Of a stretch of DNA of 64,000 nucleotides, positions 1-9,205 are shown one piece after another (positions within the stretch are counted from its first letter, which is position 1; every line of letters starts with the position of its first letter). Under the pieces are notes generated by a model that did no database searches, was not told the DNA's origin, and was given only the letters and a program-made list of their open reading frames with translations. Source of the DNA: a virus; the IMG/VR virus record IMGVR_UViG_3300036860_000542, positions 18,418 to 82,417 of that record. One strand, written 5' to 3'. The position numbers and the translations under genes are program-made.

Positions 1-7
1 GATCTAC

Positions 8-427
8 ATGGTCACCAAGAAGTGGCGGAAGGTGCGCGAGGAGGCAGTGATCGGCGCCGTGATCGCGGTCATCCAGTCCATCCTCCAGGCGTACATGCCC
101 GGCTTGGCCGCGATGCTGATGGACACGGACGCCAGCCTCGAGCTGGCTGGGGCGAAGGCGGCGGCCGGTCTGGATGCTGCGCCGCAAGCGATGAGGAAGC
201 CTGGTCTCCGCAAGAAGTTCGTCCTGCCCGGTGAGATCGAGGCTGGTCGTGCCGAGGAAGCGCGAGCGAGCTCCAACGGGCCGGTGAAGTACGTCATGCC
301 CGGCTCTCCTGGATCAGGTTACGGTGCGCCATCGGTCGGAGACGACTTCGAAGACGCCACGGCGAACATCCCGGACACGGCTGGTGATCTCGAAGGCGAC
401 GACGACCTGGGCATCTTCAACCAGTAG
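8..427 (+). CDS. Probably 5'-truncated membrane-associated protein; paralogue of the C-terminal part of the Arg-rich core protein (23049-24464)
   Basis: Frame is open from the window edge. VTKKWRKV..IGAVIAVIQSILQAYMP aligns by eye with ATKKVRFL..IGLGVNLIEALIKAYAP; both have acidic tails ending in GIF. Confidence 0.55.
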   Translation: MVTKKWRKVREEAVIGAVIAVIQSILQAYMPGLAAMLMDTDASLELAGAKAAAGLDAAPQAMRKPGLRKKFVLPGEIEAGRAEEARASSNGPVKYVMPGSPGSGYGAPSVGDDFEDATANIPDTAGDLEGDDDLGIFNQ

Positions 428-480
428 GAGGTCCTCTGCTCGAAGTCATCGAGTGCCTCTCGGACTCCGATTCGTGGAGT

Positions 481-927
481 TTGAGCTCGGAGAGCGATCC
501 GCCTGGTGAGCCTCCGGCGACTCCTCCGCCAAAGATCAGGTTGAGCGATGACGAGAAGAGGCGGAAGACGGTCCTGATCGTTGAGGACGATCAGGACGTC
601 CGCGTAGCGGTCATGGACTGCCTGGCAGAGGAACACTACAGCGCGGTTGCGGTCCGCAACGGTGTGGAGGCCATCTACTACCTCACTCGCGTTCCAAGGC
701 TGCCAGACCTCATCCTGCTCGACCTGGTGATGCCTGTGATGGATGGCTGGACGCTCAGGAAGAAGCTCGAGGCGAACCCCGAGTGGAACCGGATCCCAGT
801 CGTGATCTACAGTGCCAACACTCGGGTCCGACCCATCACGGCCGCTGTTGTGCTTGCCAAGCCGATCAGCTTGGCCACGTTGGTGGACGTCATCGAAGAG
901 CAGATCGTGAAGAAGAATAAACCATGA
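481..927 (+). CDS. Single-domain response regulator (CheY-like receiver)
   Basis: VLIVEDD acidic pocket, LILLDLVMPVMDG phospho-acceptor Asp, YSA and AKP motifs; start uncertain. Confidence 0.9.
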   Translation: MSSESDPPGEPPATPPPKIRLSDDEKRRKTVLIVEDDQDVRVAVMDCLAEEHYSAVAVRNGVEAIYYLTRVPRLPDLILLDLVMPVMDGWTLRKKLEANPEWNRIPVVIYSANTRVRPITAAVVLAKPISLATLVDVIEEQIVKKNKP

Positions 928-1235
928 AGCTAGTCGATCTCGACCCGAGATGGATCAGTAGCGGCGGTGAGGGGATCACACGGAACGGCCAGCCTGTCCT
1001 CCAACGCGACGGCGTCGGGATCGGCTGTGACTGCCCATGCGGTACCGAAGGATGTTGGCTGGCAGTCTACTTCACGAACCCGATTGATGGCGGCCCGACA
1101 CTTGAGGGTGTCACCGTCTCCTGGCAGCGGACCGGTGACACCTTCGAGACGCTCACGCTTCGCCCTTCACTACAGCGACGAGGCGGCTGCGACTGGCACG
1201 GCTTCTTGACCGACGGCGTCTTCGTGAAGGTCTAG
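924..1235 (+). CDS. DUF6527-like small Cys/His protein
   Basis: CPC..W..LTLRPSL..C.WHGFLTDG pattern. Confidence 0.6.
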   Translation: MKLVDLDPRWISSGGEGITRNGQPVLQRDGVGIGCDCPCGTEGCWLAVYFTNPIDGGPTLEGVTVSWQRTGDTFETLTLRPSLQRRGGCDWHGFLTDGVFVKV

Positions 1236-1314
1236 AACTCTCTCAACAACAGCCGATAGAGAAGGAAGTAGGTGAGATTCTCGCCTTCGAGCCGCACCCA
1301 CACTTCATGGTCGA

Positions 1315-2301
1315 TCATAACGACGCCTGCACACGCTCGATGATGGGGAGGACGTCGAGGACGCGCTTGAACCAGGTGTGGTTCTTGAGCACCTCTCCAC
1401 GGCCAGCCCTGCCCATCGCCTTGGCCTTGTCGGGGTTGTCGAGGAGCCAACGTACTCTGGTGACCAACTGATCGTTGGTCCTAAAGAACAGGCAGTGGTC
1501 GCCGTCCTTGAACTCAGTCTCCAGGAGAGGGATGTGGTAGCAGACGATGGGCGTACCGCTCGCCATGGAGATGAGCTGGCGGTCGGAGTAGTAGAGCGGG
1601 ATGTCGTTGAAGTTGGAGATGGAGACGCCCACCTTGGCGCGCTTCCACACGGAGACCTGATCCTTGACGTGGCAGGCACCCACCGTGCGGATGTCACCCG
1701 GCCAGCCCATGCCGACGACTCCGTAGTCGAACCCTGCATCGCCTAGAGCCCGTAGGGCTCCCTCGCGTTGAGGGGTGCCCGGGAAGGCTCCCCCGTAGTG
1801 GTTCCCGATCATGACGACGTCGGGGACCCGGAAGGGCGGCTTCCAGTTGCGCTCCTCCAGAACGTCTTCATGCCAGTCGAGACCCATTTGCAGGTAGTGG
1901 ACCTCGGGGGCGCCAGCCGCCTTGAAGAGCTCGGTCTGTCCGGCCGCCGCGATGAAAGAGACGTGAGTCGTCTTGCAGATCGACGAGAGGTAGTCTGAGA
2001 CGTCGGCTCTGCAGTCACCCATCCAGTGACTGAGCACCGTCTTCGGCGACCGTTGCTGGATCTCACGAAGTCCATCCGCCTCGATGATGCCGGTGTTCTG
2101 GCACTGTAGCCACAACCAATCGGGCTGGAAGTTGACGACTTCTTCCACGAGCTGCCTGGTGATCTCGTGGGCGTTGAGGCCCCTGCGTTCGCGCTCGAAG
2201 TAGTCGAAGTGGCTCGTGTAGAAGAGCGACTCGAAGGCATGCATCATCCCCCGTTGGGGGTGGTCGTAGTTGATGGTTGCCGTGAGGACCTTCTTGATCA
2301 T
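1315..2301 (-). CDS. Glycosyltransferase, CgeB/Glyco_trans_1_2-like (GT-B)
   Basis: C-terminal YSDRQL..MASG..FKDGDH..GRAGR..VLKNHTW..R signature. Confidence 0.85.
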   Translation of the reverse strand: MIKKVLTATINYDHPQRGMMHAFESLFYTSHFDYFERERRGLNAHEITRQLVEEVVNFQPDWLWLQCQNTGIIEADGLREIQQRSPKTVLSHWMGDCRADVSDYLSSICKTTHVSFIAAAGQTELFKAAGAPEVHYLQMGLDWHEDVLEERNWKPPFRVPDVVMIGNHYGGAFPGTPQREGALRALGDAGFDYGVVGMGWPGDIRTVGACHVKDQVSVWKRAKVGVSISNFNDIPLYYSDRQLISMASGTPIVCYHIPLLETEFKDGDHCLFFRTNDQLVTRVRWLLDNPDKAKAMGRAGRGEVLKNHTWFKRVLDVLPIIERVQASL

Positions 2302-2984
2302 CGAAGTACCTTTCTGGCGGCGTAGTCGCGTTGCATCATCTCCGCCCGGCCGACGATGTCGCCCCAGGGCGGTACGAAGACGTTCGGATCCTTCCGGCAG
2401 ACGCCGAATCCGGTGTAGTGCAGCATGTCGAGCTTCTGCTTCTCCTCGGGGACGAGATCCCAGAAGACCTGCATCTCGCAGGTCGCCATGTCGAGCTCGA
2501 GATCGTCGAAGAAGATGAGACCACCAGGTCGGACGAACTGGCGATAGGCGACGTACTCACCGTAGGTTTGGTTGAAGTTGTGAAGGCCGTCGATGAAGAG
2601 CAGGTCGAAGTAGTTGTGAAGGTCTCGGTGCTCGCTAGCCCACACCATCGAATCCGCGGTCTCGGCCATGGCAGGAACCAGCTTTCCCTCCAGGGCGCGG
2701 TCGAGTTGCACTTTCGCGTCCGGGTTGATGTCGATGGTGCGCACGAAACCGCCATCGTTGGCGAAGGCGAGGTGCGCGGCTGAGGCTCCTAGGTTGGTCC
2801 CAATCTCCAGGACTGCCAGCGGGTAGAACTCTTGAACTAGTTCATGAAAGAACTGGTAGTAGAGACCGTCGTCCCCAGGATTGAGCGAACCGTTAGCCAA
2901 CGTCTTCAGCCACTCAGGTCGATCGTCGGAGATCTTCGGTAGTAATTGGGCGATAGCAAGACAGTTGCCGATGGTTGGGATCAT
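2298..2984 (-). CDS. Class I SAM methyltransferase (Methyltransf_24-like)
   Basis: VLEIGTNLGAS, FDLLFIDGLH, VRPGGLIFFDD. Confidence 0.9.
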   Translation of the reverse strand: MIPTIGNCLAIAQLLPKISDDRPEWLKTLANGSLNPGDDGLYYQFFHELVQEFYPLAVLEIGTNLGASAAHLAFANDGGFVRTIDINPDAKVQLDRALEGKLVPAMAETADSMVWASEHRDLHNYFDLLFIDGLHNFNQTYGEYVAYRQFVRPGGLIFFDDLELDMATCEMQVFWDLVPEEKQKLDMLHYTGFGVCRKDPNVFVPPWGDIVGRAEMMQRDYAARKVLR

Positions 2985-3568
2985 GGCTTCTCCAGAACAA
3001 GGATGGCTGGGTAGACAATGGCACGCTTGGCACGACCGTCAAGAGCGTAGCCCTCTATGTGGGATCGCAGCTCTTGTGGTTGCAGAAAATCGTGATGCCA
3101 ATCCTCGACGACGTAGAACCCACCCGGGTTCAGCATCTCCCAACACCGGTCTAGCGCTGGGAACACCGCCTTTGGTCCATGTCCACCGTCGTCGATGATG
3201 AGATCGAAGCAGCCGAGATCTCGAACACCCGGATCAGGCATGGTCATCCCGATCAGTCTGAAGGTGGTGTGGCAGCAATAGTAGTGAGCCTTGCACACCT
3301 CAGTGACTTGACCCAGATCGTTGTCGATTCCGACGATCTCGCTTGGGTGCCACAAGTGCGCCCACAGCGCAAGACTTCCTCCTCGACACACGCCGATCTC
3401 CAGAACTCGCATGGGAGCCAAAAAGATCTGCTCCAGGAACCGGTTCCAGGACTCGCGAACGATCTCGTCCTTTTGGTGCGCAAGTTCAGGGCCGCTGCCC
3501 GGAGCCCCGTTGGCCTTGAACTGGAGAACGTGACCGCACTCCAATTCCATCCGCGCTTCGATTTTCAC
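2981..3568 (-). CDS. Class I SAM methyltransferase (sugar O-methyltransferase-like)
   Basis: VLEIGVCRGGSL, FDLIIDDGGH, LNPGGFYVVED. Confidence 0.88.
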   Translation of the reverse strand: MKIEARMELECGHVLQFKANGAPGSGPELAHQKDEIVRESWNRFLEQIFLAPMRVLEIGVCRGGSLALWAHLWHPSEIVGIDNDLGQVTEVCKAHYYCCHTTFRLIGMTMPDPGVRDLGCFDLIIDDGGHGPKAVFPALDRCWEMLNPGGFYVVEDWHHDFLQPQELRSHIEGYALDGRAKRAIVYPAILVLEKP

Positions 3569-4299
3569 CCGATTACCTCCGTGCGAGCGTAAGGGTGATC
3601 ATGGAGCGGAGCGATCTCGAACCCACGCCGTTCGGGGTTCCAGATGTCGATCGTGGTTGGGTGTACGTCCTTGTCTCCTGGCTTCCAGCCAATAAATTTT
3701 TCCTCGAGCCAGTTGGGACGGAGCTCAGCCTGGTGGCCGTGACAGGACCACTTGTACCGGGTGAGCGCGACCGACTGGGCGTAGCCGGCGTGGATCACTG
3801 GGTTGAGACCGCTCAGGAAGCCTTGGGGCCCGCTGTAGCCCACGTTGAGGACGCGGATTGGCATCCAGTGGTCCACGTTCACCCAGTTGAAACTCCTCCA
3901 CAGATGAACCATGTTGACGCCGCACGTCCCCGACCAGGACTTGATGCCATCAGCCATCACGAAAGCCTTCTCCACTTGGCCTGGCTGCCAGATCTCGTCG
4001 GCGTCCACCACCAGGACCTGGCTGGCACCCACCGTCTCGGCGACCTTGTAGATCGCGTTGCGATGGTCACCCTCCGACGTCCAATGTCCTCGATGCCACA
4101 CGATGGGGATGGAGGAGAAGCGGTGGGCTTCCGCGAACAACTCCTCCTCGCTGTCGGGACAGGTCATGTTCGTCGGGTGACCGTAGCTCGGACGCTCGGT
4201 GTACAGGACATGGAACTGGTCCACGGACTCCTGCACCGAGCGGACGGCCCACGCCAGGTACTCTTTGCCGTAGTGCAGAGCGCAATACGCGATCCTCAT
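3565..4299 (-). CDS. GT2/GT-A glycosyltransferase-like protein
   Basis: EGDHRN..VLVVDADE (DxD)..HAGY; start at MRIAYC overlaps the upstream stop. Confidence 0.75.
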   Translation of the reverse strand: MRIAYCALHYGKEYLAWAVRSVQESVDQFHVLYTERPSYGHPTNMTCPDSEEELFAEAHRFSSIPIVWHRGHWTSEGDHRNAIYKVAETVGASQVLVVDADEIWQPGQVEKAFVMADGIKSWSGTCGVNMVHLWRSFNWVNVDHWMPIRVLNVGYSGPQGFLSGLNPVIHAGYAQSVALTRYKWSCHGHQAELRPNWLEEKFIGWKPGDKDVHPTTIDIWNPERRGFEIAPLHDHPYARTEVIG

Positions 4300-5111
4300 C
4301 TGATCTCCTTCAGCGCCTGCAGCGCTCCGTTCGGGAACTGGTGTTCGATGCAGAGGCGGTTGAAGAAGCTGTGACGCATCTGATCGACGTTGCATGGAAT
4401 ATGACCCTGCACCGCCTGTTGACAGAACTCAGCGATGTCGTGGTAACCGATGCTGAGGAAGTCCACGCCAGGGATCAGCGGGAAGGGATCAGCGCAGTGC
4501 TCAGAGACGAACAGCGTCGAGAAGGCTGCTCCAACAGCGAAGCGCAACGGCTCGCCGATGAGCGCATCGGTCTGGTGGACGTTGAGAAACAGCTTGGAGC
4601 GAAGGAGGCCACCGGCCCGCTCGCTGCCCCAGGAGTTCGGCGCCAAGTCCAACCCTAACTGGTGGAGCCGCCCGTAGATGTGGTTCCGCCGACCGTTCAC
4701 GTAGGAGTAGTGCGTGATGTCGTGAGCTCGCGTCTCGCTGGCTGGGATCAAGAGACCAGGATGACTGCCCATCACCACGAACTTCATGCGGGTGTCGAGG
4801 GTTTGGTAGTAGCGGTCGGCCACCCAGATTTCATCCACGTGCGTGAATGCCTCGGTGATGACCTCGTTGAAGTTGCCGGCATACTCCCCGTCCGGTCGCT
4901 CGAGGTTCCACCACACGATCTTGGCTCGACGCGCCTTTGGGAGTTGGCGGCTCTTGAGCTCTCCGGTGATCGGAGTCGTCACGTAGATCGTGTCGGAGTT
5001 GATGTCGATCTCGTCCACGAAGCAGGTGGGGAGGCCAGCGAGCTCCACCATCTTCCAGAAGTCCTGATAGCTATCGTAGTGGTGTCGCGTCCGAGCGAAC
5101 TTGAAGTTCAT
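4296..5111 (-). CDS. Glycosyltransferase-like protein (GT-B related)
   Basis: WNLE..SKLFLNVH..EPLR..VSE pattern of Glyco_trans_1_2 relatives; operonic with other GTs. Confidence 0.6.
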   Translation of the reverse strand: MNFKFARTRHHYDSYQDFWKMVELAGLPTCFVDEIDINSDTIYVTTPITGELKSRQLPKARRAKIVWWNLERPDGEYAGNFNEVITEAFTHVDEIWVADRYYQTLDTRMKFVVMGSHPGLLIPASETRAHDITHYSYVNGRRNHIYGRLHQLGLDLAPNSWGSERAGGLLRSKLFLNVHQTDALIGEPLRFAVGAAFSTLFVSEHCADPFPLIPGVDFLSIGYHDIAEFCQQAVQGHIPCNVDQMRHSFFNRLCIEHQFPNGALQALKEIR

Positions 5112-6127
5112 GCCAACCACTCCGGGTTTTCCATGTACCAGGCCACGGTCTCGGCGAGCGACCTCTCGAGGTTGAGGGAGAAGTTGAAGCCCATGTTCTT
5201 CAGCACCGTCCCGTCCAGAGCGTAGCGCAGGTCATGACCAGGCCGGCTCGAGTGGAAGTCCACCATCTCGTACTTGAGCGGCTTGCCGACGAGCTTAGCG
5301 ATCATCTGAGCCAGGGAGAGGTTGTCGATCTCACACTCGCCCACCAGGTTGACTTTGGTGCAGCGGGGGAGCTGCTTCTCGCAGTGCTTCTCGATCAGGA
5401 ACTTGAGTGCCTGGCCCACGTTGCGGGCGTAGAGATAGAAGCGACTGCCCGCCTTCGCACAGGCGGCGTCGGCATGAACGGTGAGGACGTACTCGCGTAG
5501 CACGCAGGCGATGACCTTCGGGATGAACTTCTCGGCATGCTGTCTCTCGCCGAAGACGTTCATCGTGTGAGTGCAGAGCATGGCCAGATCGTAGGTGTTG
5601 GAGAAGGCGACGGCCATCTCCTCGGCACCGGCTTTGCTGGCGGCGTAGGGGTTGCCGCTGTTGTAGCGGTCCCACTCGCGGTAGGCGGTTCCTTCAGGCG
5701 CCGGTCCGAAGATCTCGTCCGTGCCGAAGTGGATGAAGAGCGGGTGCTTGCGTATGGAGGACATCATCATCTTGCGTGCTTTGGTCCACTCGAGGAGGTT
5801 GGTCGTCCCGACGACGTTGTCCATGACGAAGGACATCGGATCGATGATAGACCGATCCACGTGGGTCGAGGCAGCCATGTGGAGGATGACGTCCACGTGG
5901 CCGATGGCGCGATCGACCGTCGGGTTGATTGCGGCTCGCAAGTCGTGCCAGACGAACTTCACCCGGTTGGCATGCTCCTTCCAGTGCGGGATGTCGCGCA
6001 GTCGATGCAGGGTGCTGGTCGCGTCGATGCGATCGAGGCCGACGAGCTCCCAGTTGGTCTCGTCGAGGAAGAGGGAAGCCACGTGATGACCGATGAAGCC
6101 ATTCATGCCCGTGATCAGGACTCGCAT
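5108..6127 (-). CDS. NAD-dependent epimerase/dehydratase, dTDP-glucose 4,6-dehydratase (RfbB/RmlB)-like
   Basis: GMNGFIG, HMAASTHVDRSI, GTDEIFG, PYAASKA, RPGHDLRYA. Confidence 0.9.
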   Translation of the reverse strand: MRVLITGMNGFIGHHVASLFLDETNWELVGLDRIDATSTLHRLRDIPHWKEHANRVKFVWHDLRAAINPTVDRAIGHVDVILHMAASTHVDRSIIDPMSFVMDNVVGTTNLLEWTKARKMMMSSIRKHPLFIHFGTDEIFGPAPEGTAYREWDRYNSGNPYAASKAGAEEMAVAFSNTYDLAMLCTHTMNVFGERQHAEKFIPKVIACVLREYVLTVHADAACAKAGSRFYLYARNVGQALKFLIEKHCEKQLPRCTKVNLVGECEIDNLSLAQMIAKLVGKPLKYEMVDFHSSRPGHDLRYALDGTVLKNMGFNFSLNLERSLAETVAWYMENPEWLA

Positions 6128-6135
6128 GCGTTCTC

Positions 6136-6441
6136 CTAGTAGAGGCAAGGGTCCCACTTGGGACAACCCTCGCGACAGTTTCCCTCTCGCACCGTCTTGT
6201 CGGTCTTCAGGATCTCGAGGCAGCGCTCCGCGGCCTCCAGGCACGTCTCTCCATGGCCTGTGACGTCGCGTGTAACACCGGTACCTGGGTGAAAGTGATA
6301 GTCGCGCAACCACACACGCCACGAGCCGCTACCGAAGCACTCAGCGGTGACGTGATGGCCGACGATCCTCATGATTTCGTTCATCACCTCGTTGAGGCGA
6401 TCCTGCTCCTTGCGCGTCGCAAGTCCACGATGGCGGCTCAT
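6136..6441 (-). CDS. Hypothetical protein
   Basis: ORF packed co-directionally with neighbours. Confidence 0.55.
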   Translation of the reverse strand: MSRHRGLATRKEQDRLNEVMNEIMRIVGHHVTAECFGSGSWRVWLRDYHFHPGTGVTRDVTGHGETCLEAAERCLEILKTDKTVREGNCREGCPKWDPCLY

Positions 6442-6634
6442 GCGATTTTCACCAGGGCCCGACGAAGCTCCTGAAGCAGACCTGGGGTTAGTTCCACCGA
6501 TGCTTCCGGGAAACTCGCAGAATCGGGCAGCACTCTGCGGTCCCTGATGCGCACTTCGAATCGGCCGTCTTTCACTGCCACGATGCAGAACTCTGCACCG
6601 TCCACGTGGTACTGAAGAATCGTTTCACGCTTCG

Positions 6635-7339
6635 TCATGCTGGCACCTTCTCCCAGGCACCGCCCCACCTCTGCTGGAAGAGGTAGGAGTCGGTCTGCCC
6701 GTCGTTGTTCTTGATGCGGAGGCTGTCTTGCGCGTTGAGGTCGTGGACCTGCAGGTTGAAGGCTGGGAAGACCTCCCACTTCAGAACATGCAGCCAGCAT
6801 CCGAACTCGGTGTCGCCGCCGTAGGTCCTGTAGATCGGGTTCCAGAACTTGCAGCCGGTAGGATCACCCTGGCGCTTCGCCACCTGCATGCCGGCCTCCG
6901 TTCTGATCATCCCGAAGTTGGCATAGATTCGACCGTTCCATCGGTCGAAGTCGTAGCCGCCGCGGAGGTCGAACGCGAAGGCCACCTCACCGATCTTCGG
7001 GTCGCTGTCGATGAGCGCACGCGCTCTCTCGAGCATGTCCGGCGTGACGAGCTCAGCGTCGTCGTTCAGATGCACCACGTACTGGTAGCCGTTCTTGACG
7101 GCGTACTCGAAGCCAAGGTTGAAGGCGTTGACGGCACCCTGCAGGCCCGGGTTCTCCCAGATGTAGTCGCAGTCTCCCTGCTCGTCGAGCCACTCCATGG
7201 TGCCGTCGGTCGAACCGCCGTCCACCGCGATGATGTCGTAGAAGCTGGTGCCGGCGTTCTTGCGGATCGACGCCACGCACTGCTTCAAGTAGGAGAGCCG
7301 GTTGTAGGTTCCGAACACGATCGCGATGCGGGGAATCAT
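6635..7339 (-). CDS. GT2 family glycosyltransferase
   Basis: GTYNR, VDGGSTDGT, AFNLG, HLNDDA, GDTE motifs. Confidence 0.92.
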   Translation of the reverse strand: MIPRIAIVFGTYNRLSYLKQCVASIRKNAGTSFYDIIAVDGGSTDGTMEWLDEQGDCDYIWENPGLQGAVNAFNLGFEYAVKNGYQYVVHLNDDAELVTPDMLERARALIDSDPKIGEVAFAFDLRGGYDFDRWNGRIYANFGMIRTEAGMQVAKRQGDPTGCKFWNPIYRTYGGDTEFGCWLHVLKWEVFPAFNLQVHDLNAQDSLRIKNNDGQTDSYLFQQRWGGAWEKVPA

Positions 7340-7560
7340 GCTTGCCCCTTTGCAGGTTGGCCTTGATGGAGAAGCTGGTCGATCTGCCTCAGATCCGCCG
7401 CCGTGAGTTGTTGGAACTCACGGGCGGTGGCTACCAACTTCTCCACGATGAGGATGTCGGCGTCGATTCGCTTCTGAAGCTTCTTCTGCAGGTGGATCTC
7501 GTAGGCCCACAAGCCCACGAGCGCGATGTTGGTGGCGAGAAGGACCCACAGGAGCGTCAT
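7336..7560 (-). CDS. Small membrane protein (N-terminal TM plus coiled coil)
   Basis: MTLLWVLLATNIALVGLW hydrophobic start; overlapping start/stop. Confidence 0.5.
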   Translation of the reverse strand: MTLLWVLLATNIALVGLWAYEIHLQKKLQKRIDADILIVEKLVATAREFQQLTAADLRQIDQLLHQGQPAKGQA

Positions 7561-7732
7561 GGCAGCGGCCTCTCTGCGCAGTCCACGGTGTATATCTCGT
7601 CCGGGCTGCCTGCACCTGCGCATCCCGGCGGGTGTCGGACCACGAGACAACGATCGCCTTGGCGGAGGATCTCGACTTTCGCTTCTGTGCAGCTCAACGC
7701 GAAGAGGAGTCCGACCAACCACTGCCACCGTT

Positions 7733-8152
7733 TCATGACGGCGTCTCGTAGTCGGGGAAGCCGAAGAAGCTGCACGTGGCGATGTACGCCTTCTTCTGGT
7801 TCTGATGCTTCTGCAGCTCCTCGAAGTAGTGCTCGATGAAGCCGGGAACGAGCGGTGTCTCGCCGTCGTCCGTCCTTCCGAAGTAGGAATGCCCCGGTGG
7901 TAGCGGGAACTCCTCCGGGGTGAGATCGAAACCAGCCGCCAGCTTGGCTCGTGCCTCCTCGACCTCGTCCTTGATCGGGTCTTCAGAGATGAAGACACTT
8001 GGCTCCTGGATCAGCACCGTCGTCGTGTGGTGCTCGAGCTCGTGCAGGCCGATGGCGTCCTTGACGATCTCGTGCAGGGTTCTGAATTGGGCCTCGGTGA
8101 ACGCCCGCTTGCCACCCTTTCGCTTCGTCTTCGCTGGATTGCGCTTCTTCAT
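7733..8152 (-). CDS. Hypothetical protein with basic N-terminus
   Basis: Start MKKRNPAK overlaps the upstream stop; AAGGA RBS. Confidence 0.55.
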   Translation of the reverse strand: MKKRNPAKTKRKGGKRAFTEAQFRTLHEIVKDAIGLHELEHHTTTVLIQEPSVFISEDPIKDEVEEARAKLAAGFDLTPEEFPLPPGHSYFGRTDDGETPLVPGFIEHYFEELQKHQNQKKAYIATCSFFGFPDYETPS

Positions 8153-8346
8153 GCGAGTCCTTCCTTCTCGGCGAACCACTCGTGTACAACGAGCTTGCCT
8201 TCGTGGCCGACGGCGTAGACCTCGGAGTCGTCATCCACCACCGACTTGGGAACCCAGAACTCGTTTCCGTCGATGATGCAGAGGAGAGCGCGCTCGGTCT
8301 CCTTCACGCACTCGACGTCCTCGAGCGTGATCGTGGAACGCGGCAT
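8149..8346 (-). CDS. Small phage-type protein
   Basis: ETERALL..FWVPKSV..EWFAEKEGL pattern common in phage ORFs. Confidence 0.7.
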   Translation of the reverse strand: MPRSTITLEDVECVKETERALLCIIDGNEFWVPKSVVDDDSEVYAVGHEGKLVVHEWFAEKEGLA

Positions 8347-8814
8347 CTACCACCTCACCTTCAGACCGTGCTTCTCTTCCAGGTGCATGCGGACGTAACT
8401 GGGCGGGCCGGTCGTGTTGTTGTGGAGGACGTCACCGCAGTCCTCGCAGAGAACATGGTAGCGGCGGCGGCCCGTGTGGAAGCCTTCACCCTTGGCTGGC
8501 GAGATGGAGAATAGGACGCCGGACACGACGACGTCGCAAGTCACGCCGGCTTTGGGGCCGTTGTGGCCGTAGATGTCGTCCGGTCGCGGCCAGGGGAAGG
8601 GCCAGTCGATGCGTTTCGTGTCGGGCGGATCGACGTATCCAGACACGGTCGTCTCCTTCTGCATGAGACAGGTGCAGCCCATCGGCACGAAGGAGTGACC
8701 CTCGTCGAGTGGACTCCCGTGCCTCTTGCGACTTCCACCGCACCCGCAGGTGTCGGGGTCGATCACCTGCAGGCAGCCACGACAGAGGATCTCGGTGTGA
8801 CGTTCCTGGTCCAT
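8347..8814 (-). CDS. Cys-rich (Zn-finger) hypothetical protein
   Basis: Multiple CxxC/CxC motifs; GAGG RBS before MDQERH. Confidence 0.55.
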   Translation of the reverse strand: MDQERHTEILCRGCLQVIDPDTCGCGGSRKRHGSPLDEGHSFVPMGCTCLMQKETTVSGYVDPPDTKRIDWPFPWPRPDDIYGHNGPKAGVTCDVVVSGVLFSISPAKGEGFHTGRRRYHVLCEDCGDVLHNNTTGPPSYVRMHLEEKHGLKVRW

Positions 8815-8920
8815 CACTTCCTCTTCAGGAGCCGCTGTATCGCGGTCCAGCAGAAGTCGCAGAGGTCTCCGAAGGCTCCGTGGTCGGTAGGAGGTGCGTG
8901 CGCGGCGCCTGCGTGACATT

Positions 8921-9187
8921 TCAGCATTCCTTCATCTCCTTCAGCCAACGAGCGACGTCATCCTTCGTCACCTCGAACAGATCGGTGCTCCACTCGCCCG
9001 TCCAGGCGACGAGGAAGACGGCGCCAGAGTCCATGTCCTGTGCGGCACGACGCAGGACTTCGAGTTTGTCACCCTTGTTCTTGACGAAGTGGAGGAGACC
9101 GTCCTTCACACGTCCGAGGGTCACCCTTCTATCCCAGAACGGGCTGTTGTTGGCATCCGTTCGTGCGTGTCTCCACCCCATGTACAC
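8921..9187 (-). CDS. Hypothetical protein
   Basis: ORF with AAGGAAGGGG RBS directly downstream of the recombinase. Confidence 0.55.
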   Translation of the reverse strand: MYMGWRHARTDANNSPFWDRRVTLGRVKDGLLHFVKNKGDKLEVLRRAAQDMDSGAVFLVAWTGEWSTDLFEVTKDDVARWLKEMKEC

Positions 9188-9205
9188 CCCTTCCTTATAT
9201 GTACA

